Source: Tubiluchus corallicola (lineage: Eukaryota > Animalia > Priapulida). Taken from it: a stretch of 64,000 nucleotides of DNA. Position numbers and translations under genes: made by a program. Location: positions 741,981 to 805,980 of the forward strand of contig JAQGDQ010000053.1 in NCBI GenBank assembly GCA_030141605.1, in the 5' to 3' direction. The notes under the pieces were generated by a model that was not told the origin of the DNA, made no database searches, and saw only the letters and a program-made list of their open reading frames with translations. This document shows, in pieces, positions 62,501 to 64,000 of the stretch (position 1 is its first letter; each line of letters opens with the position of its first letter).

Positions 62501-63525
62501 TAGTAACAATACTATGCACTGTCACATAGCTGTAGTTTACTTTGACAAAAAAGTAAAATACTACTTGCTTAACAACACAACTTATGTAATTACGTTGAGA
62601 TGACGATTACACTATTATAAGTTCTGTCACTTAAATTAATTTTAACTGTTTGTTCAACATGCATATTACTAGCACAAGTGTGGAAGAATATATTAAAAAA
62701 CATTTTCAGCACTCATTTTTATCAGTATCTGGCGTCGCTAAGAGTGTGTTAGTGAATGTTTTACTTATTAAGATTTCTTAAAAGACTTTATGTTAAAAAT
62801 GTATTAAAGAAACTCTCACAGAAAAACTATATTTCACAAACCTTACTGAGAAGAAAATAAACTTATTTGCAATGTAAATTGTGCACAAATGTTGCAGCAG
62901 TTTAATGAAGCCTATTTATATTTGCTTTTCTAGTTTACCCATGTTAACTGTGCTAAGGAGGTTTTCTATTTTGCTAACCATGATTTTAGAACTACTTGTG
63001 TTAGGGTAAGTATGACACTGCACAACTTTTATTATACTTGAGGTTGTTTCAGTTACACAATAATATTCTTTAAGTGGTTTCTGCAAGTAAATGTTTGGCT
63101 TAATTATTTAATTTCCCACTGCACTATTTTTCTTTAATTTCAGAATACGGCCGTCATGGTTGGTGCAGTTTAGTGTATTTAGTATGATATTTGGAGCTAT
63201 AGTAGCTGCTAGGTAAGAAAACATGGTGTTTGCTATTTATACACGCTATTTCTTTAGTAATATTAATTGAAGGTACTGTGCTTGCAAATATTCTTTGTGA
63301 ACTTGTAAATAATTTTATAATGAAATTACTTTAACTTTTTTAGAAAAAAATGTCATTTCTATTTGTTTAGTGGTATTTAATTTTTCTGTTCTGTTTGTTT
63401 AATATGTTTATTGATTTTTCAGTGATGATTTGGCATTTAACGCTTTAGGATATTCATATATAATGCTCAATAATGTTTGCACTGCAGCAAATGGCGTTTA
63501 TATGAAGAAAAAATTAGACTCAAAG
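59579..63525 (+). CDS. SLC35D1: UDP-sugar transporter SLC35D family (SLC35D1/2, frc, sqv-7 co-ortholog), first 7 exons, continues beyond the window
   Basis: Exons 59579-59694, 60946-60979, 61750-61836, 62237-62304, 62934-63005, 63144-63212, 63423-63525: LLSAAFYG..IVNKSILTAYKFPS..FPDF..IWPLPLFYFGN..SLPMLTVLRRFSIL..DDLAFN..TAANGVYMKKKLDSK. Confidence 0.93.
59750..59960 (+). mobile_element. Short CR1-like 3' LINE fragment
   Basis: SVLWSPQYVTLKNALEKIQESCMRL and ADTVNAPSIDKFK motifs typical of the CR1 ORF2 end. Confidence 0.55.
59968..60056 (-). mobile_element. Possible tRNA-derived SINE head
   Basis: Minus-strand A-box-like TGGCCTAATTGG (60047-60036) and B-box-like GTTCAAGTC (59990-59982). No intact cloverleaf. 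Confidence 0.4.
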
Positions 63526-64000
63526 GTATGGGCTAAAATTCGACATTATTACATATGTTTATTTTGGCATAAGCTGGTACTGGAATTGCTATTTTGTGAC
63601 GACGTTAAAGCATTTTATATGCTAATTCATAATAGATCGTATTTATACAAATTTCGATCCTAGCCAGTACAGTGGTGTTAAAGCATCTTCTACTCTTTTT
63701 TGTTTGATCAAAATGTTTGATAAATGGCCAAAAGCATCTGACTCAAACTAGGTTACTCGTGTAGTGTTTCTAGGTGGTGCAAAAGTCTTGAACCATGTGG
63801 ATCACAACATGATTACATATCATTCAAAAGTTTATTACTCTGTAATTACCAGTGATGTTGATTCATTAGTTGCCTCCTTTCTAAACGAATGTTGTGAAAA
63901 GGTTAAACTTGAGGGCGAATTTTCGGAATTGGTTCAACATTTTAAAGAGCTCTGTCTCCCAGGGAGGTCCATGTAGAGATCTCTGCTTTTTATAATATGT

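Noticed and set aside
63764-63976. 70-aa ORF near the window end
   Set aside because: Intronic to SLC35D, with no transporter similarity or recognisable domain.

Overview
AT-rich genomic DNA from an invertebrate animal (spliceosomal GT-AG introns, no prokaryotic features). It holds five protein-coding genes: the 3' part of ZFYVE26/spastizin (+), a complete intronless MSH2 (-), KEAP1 (+, 6 coding exons), a 29-coding-exon brahma/SMARCA2/4 (-), and the 5' part of an SLC35D nucleotide-sugar transporter (+) that shares a short bidirectional promoter with SMARCA. The 11.3-25 kb interval is a transposon graveyard (BEL/Pao, CR1 and other LINE pieces, a Penelope-like remnant, DNA elements), and several introns carry MITEs with recognisable TIRs/TSDs. 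The most unusual structure is upstream of KEAP1: a ~2.5 kb foldback whose ~750 bp CpG-rich loop contains a candidate first exon, a perfect splice donor and a consensus antioxidant response element. A second ARE, a uORF-laden 5' leader and a possible alternative last exon add further candidate regulatory layers to KEAP1. All exon coordinates were read and translated by hand; family assignments come from motif recognition, not database searches.
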